NCBI GenBank assembly: GCA_009859145.1
Contig: VRVR01000005.1
Location: 88,745-152,744, forward strand
From: Andalucia godoyi And28
Lineage: Eukaryota; Protista; Jakobida
Reading direction: 5' to 3'
Length of the DNA stretch: 64,000 bases
Shown: in pieces, positions 62,585-64,000 of the stretch
Numbering within the stretch: position 1 is the stretch's first letter
Layout of the letters: each line of letters opens with the position of its first letter
The notes under the pieces: model-generated
Database searches by the model: none
Seen by the model: the letters and a program-made list of their open reading frames with translations, nothing else
Told to the model about the DNA's origin: nothing
Made by a program: the position numbers and the translations under genes

Positions 62585-63868
62585 CTATGCTTCCTGGCCA
62601 AAATCCTCGGTGAACTTCACATAGTTGCCCAGATCGTCCTTGCTGACCGATGGCCTAGCAGTCGCCATAGCCTTTTCGAAATCACGCATTCCGACGATCG
62701 GTGGCAATAAATCGTCACCATGCACGTCCATAAGCGACATCTCTTTTGCCCCTGGCTCTCCAGGAGAACACGGTGTCCACTTTATCTGGTTGCACGTCGG
62801 GTCTGCAACCTGCTTGAAATGCGTCGCAATCTGGCACTTTCGTACCGGCTCCATGAGCGCGTTTCGCACCAGAATACCAATATCAGACCCCGAATACCCA
62901 TCTGTGATCTCGCCCAGCGTGCGAAAGTCAGCATCGGTCAATGAATGCGGCGTACTTCCGACTGACAATTGGAACATGCGCGTTCGCGCCTGCGCTTCCG
63001 GAAGCGGGATGTAGATTCGTCGTTCAAAGCGTCTTCGGATTGCAGAGTCGATTGTCCACGGCAAATTCGTCGCCGCAAGCACCAAAACGCCCGTTTGGTC
63101 ATTCCCAACTCCTTGCATTTGAATCAGAAACTCGGTCTTGATTCTCCGAGCAGATTCTGACTCGTTTTCCCCGCGTGACCCAGCAAGCGAGTCCACCTCG
63201 TCAATAAAGATAATTGCAGGTTTGGAATTCCTGGCCATCTGAAACAAGCTTCGAACAAGCTTCTCCGACTCTCCAACCCACTTACTTACCAAATCTGCAG
63301 AAGAAACGGAAAAGAAGGTCGCGTCCGCTTCCGTAGCAACTGCCTTTGCAAGATACGACTTTCCCGTTCCCGGAGGTCCGTAAAGCATGATTCCTCTCCA
63401 AGGCTCGCGTTTTCCAGTAAATAGCTGTGGATACCGAATAGGAAGAATGACCGCTTCCTTGAGCGCCTCTTTTGCGCCTTCCAATCCCGCAATATCATCC
63501 CACTTGACGTTGGGCTTTTCCTTGACAATCGCAGACTCGAGAGCGGTCTTCATCTTTTCGCTGTCTTCATCGTCTTCGTCCTTCTTACCTCCAGAGTCGC
63601 CCGCAGCTGCTTTTTTCTTCTTTTGTGGTTTGGAGTTCTGATTTGCGAGAAACTCTTTCAGCTGCTCAGACCGCGTAATGATTTCCTCTGCTTTCTTCTG
63701 AACCATTTGTTTCTTTTTTGGATTCTTTTCATGGCGAATTGCAACCATGAAGTGCTCAGCTGCTTGTAGATAAAGGTCATATGCATCCTTGTACTTTTCT
63801 GCCTCGTCTGCCTCGACTGCTTTCTTGGCAACCTCAAGCGCAGGCGTCAGGAAATCCACATACGACAT
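62585..63868 (-). CDS. VPS4: Vacuolar protein sorting 4 AAA ATPase (MIT + AAA + Vps4_C)
   Basis: MIT domain; [60 protein letters not shown] and terminal FTEDFGQE. Confidence 0.97.
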   Translation of the reverse strand: MSYVDFLTPALEVAKKAVEADEAEKYKDAYDLYLQAAEHFMVAIRHEKNPKKKQMVQKKAEEIITRSEQLKEFLANQNSKPQKKKKAAAGDSGGKKDEDDEDSEKMKTALESAIVKEKPNVKWDDIAGLEGAKEALKEAVILPIRYPQLFTGKREPWRGIMLYGPPGTGKSYLAKAVATEADATFFSVSSADLVSKWVGESEKLVRSLFQMARNSKPAIIFIDEVDSLAGSRGENESESARRIKTEFLIQMQGVGNDQTGVLVLAATNLPWTIDSAIRRRFERRIYIPLPEAQARTRMFQLSVGSTPHSLTDADFRTLGEITDGYSGSDIGILVRNALMEPVRKCQIATHFKQVADPTCNQIKWTPCSPGEPGAKEMSLMDVHGDDLLPPIVGMRDFEKAMATARPSVSKDDLGNYVKFTEDFGQEA

Positions 63869-64000
63869 GTTTTTGTTGTTTTTTTTCAATTAACAAATTC
63901 AACACACAGGCAGAGAAGGGAGAGGGAAATTCCGAAAGCCAAGAATTGAGAAGCTGTTAGGATTCGCTTTGGGAATTAATACAGAACGCAAACCGAAGAT

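Overview
A gene-dense, intron-poor eukaryotic nuclear region, probably from a free-living flagellated protist (inferred from the compact intergenic spacers, microsatellites, a plant/protist-type SAHH insertion and a C2orf81-like cilia-associated motif; the taxon cannot be assigned here). About 30 protein-coding genes lie on both strands, many in head-to-head pairs. Most are housekeeping: UAP1, RPS27, TFIIF-beta-like, SAHH, FCF2, SENP8, reticulon, NDOR1, TUG/ASPSCR1, IPK1, an amino-acid transporter, ASCC3, Canopy-like and VPS4. I reconstructed eight spliceosomal introns by hand, all starting GTATG. The standout feature is a frameshift-degraded integrase-type (Ginger/KRBA2-like) transposon remnant at about 58.2-60.0 kb. 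It carries a compact USP/CYLD-like deubiquitinase domain between the integrase and a C-terminal CXC zinc finger. Other notable items: an alpha-2-macroglobulin-family thioester protein with an intact GCFEQ motif and a one-base frameshift before its terminal domain; a myristoylated WD40-coiled-coil-pseudokinase lying tail-to-tail with a dually acylated protein of four calpain domain-III repeats and no protease domain; and divergent ARFRP1, TGS1-like, Snm1/RMP24-like and PRAS40/Lobe-like genes. I found no tRNA, rRNA or CRISPR array. All family assignments come from motif recognition, not database searches.
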